Assembly: GCA_001189075.1 (NCBI GenBank) | Contig: LFCN01000006.1 | Location: 17,605 to 81,604 of the forward strand | Origin: Parcubacteria bacterium C7867-004 | GTDB taxonomy: Bacteria; Patescibacteriota; Minisyncoccia; Phycocordibacterales; Phycocordibacteraceae | Length of the DNA: 64,000 nucleotides | Direction: 5' to 3' | Shown here: positions 63,428-64,000 of the stretch, piece by piece | How the letters are laid out: the number at the start of each line of letters is the position of its first letter | Position numbering within the stretch: position 1 is the stretch's first letter | Notes under the pieces: model-generated | The model's input: only the letters and a program-made list of their open reading frames with translations | Told to the model about the DNA's origin: nothing | Database searches by the model: none | Made by a program: the position numbers and the translations under genes

Positions 63428-64000
63428 TTATTTGCTGGTTTTCAGTCGCTGAAGAAGTGCCTCGAATGCTGCTTCGTTGCGGGCGATGAGGAGGGTTCCT
63501 TTGTCCGCATAGCCGTACAGTATGAGTGAGCGTCCGCTCGTATCCTTCAGTACGCGAACGTCGCGATTGGCGACTACGGCATCCGAGAACCGGGTCTGTG
63601 CCTGCGCCTGAACGCTGATCGGTTGGGTCGTCGGGGTCGTACTAGCTTGTGGCGTTGATGTCGAGACTGCTGGCACGGGTACCACCACGGTCTCTGCAGG
63701 GAAGAGCGGGTACAGGGAGGCAAGATCACGTTCCATGAGCGGCTCCCAGGTGAGCATGCCGGCATAGGTTCGTTCATAGGAATCAACACGAAGCGCGAAG
63801 AACGGACGTGTTTCCCCTGCGCTTATGACGCCCACCGTACTTTCTGAAGCGATGTTGCGGAGCAGGATGTCCGGTGCGGGAAGTTCCAGTGCCTCGATAA
63901 GTACTCCTCCGGCAGCTGGTTTGCGAAGCGGTATTCCCTTCGTATCCGATACCGATTCGGTGACATAGGTCACGAGAACGTTTCCGGCAACCACTCCCCC
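63428..64000 (-). CDS. hypothetical protein (partial; N-terminus may extend beyond the window end)
   Basis: ORF reaching the window edge. T/P/Q-rich linker (PVPAVSTSTPQASTTPTTQP). No motif. Confidence 0.3.
   Translation of the reverse strand, partial: GGVVAGNVLVTYVTESVSDTKGIPLRKPAAGGVLIEALELPAPDILLRNIASESTVGVISAGETRPFFALRVDSYERTYAGMLTWEPLMERDLASLYPLFPAETVVVPVPAVSTSTPQASTTPTTQPISVQAQAQTRFSDAVVANRDVRVLKDTSGRSLILYGYADKGTLLIARNEAAFEALLQRLKTSK

Noticed and set aside
1-64000. CRISPR arrays, rRNA genes, IS elements, integrases, prophage
   Set aside because: No regularly spaced direct repeats, no rRNA-like conserved stretches, and no transposase/integrase-like ORFs were seen anywhere in the window.

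Overview
This 64-kb, high-GC window (by eye; not computed) is mostly dense bacterial housekeeping DNA, with a ~12-kb accessory block at ~47.3-58.8 kb. The gene content and style are consistent with an ultrasmall/CPR-like (Patescibacteria-type) bacterium; this lineage guess is inference only. The CPR-like cues are extended ribosomal proteins, a shortened YebC, pilMNO/pilB type IV pilus genes, many membrane-anchored hypotheticals, and a PrgI-VirB4-VirB6 type IV secretion (T4SS) block with no relaxase or VirD4.

Recognisable content:
- Four class I/II aminoacyl-tRNA synthetases: metG (partial, at the window start), glyQS, ileS, argS.
- A complete thymidylate module: glyA-tmk-dut-dCMP deaminase on the minus strand, divergent from thyA-dcd-folA on the plus strand.
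- The rplK-nusG-secE cluster, plus rplS, rpsT, and the rpmH/rnpA/yidC // dnaA/dnaN replication-origin neighbourhood.
- Recombination and repair genes: ruvA, ruvB, yebC-ruvC, ruvX, polA, holA, tsaE, recO, uvrD/pcrA, rsmA.
- Type IV pilus assembly genes: pilM/N/O and pilB.
- A penicillin-binding protein PBP1A, a MurE-like Mur ligase and an M23/LysM peptidase.
- Eight tRNAs: Leu-GAG, Val-TAC, Leu-CAG, Arg-TCT, Ser-TGA, Arg-GCG, Arg-CCG, Lys-TTT.
- Several clear rho-independent terminators.

The accessory block at ~47.3-58.8 kb encodes a minimal monoderm-type T4SS-like system:
- a VirB2/TrbC-like pilin fused to a cysteine-rich C-terminal domain;
- a PrgI/VirB3-like protein;
- a bipartite VirB4 ATPase (two adjacent ORFs);
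- a VirB6-like polytopic protein with a repeat-containing tail;
- Gly/His-rich and Pro-rich small proteins and secreted hypotheticals.
No relaxase, VirD4 or VirB11 was seen.

The single most unusual observation is an apparently intact histidine-phosphatase (PGAM/SixA-like; RHG...SHG motifs) domain inserted into the connective-peptide region of isoleucyl-tRNA synthetase. Other oddities are non-canonical HIGH motifs in MetRS (HIGF) and IleRS (GVHH), and a tRNA-Arg with a GCG anticodon. No CRISPR array, rRNA, transposase or integrase was seen.
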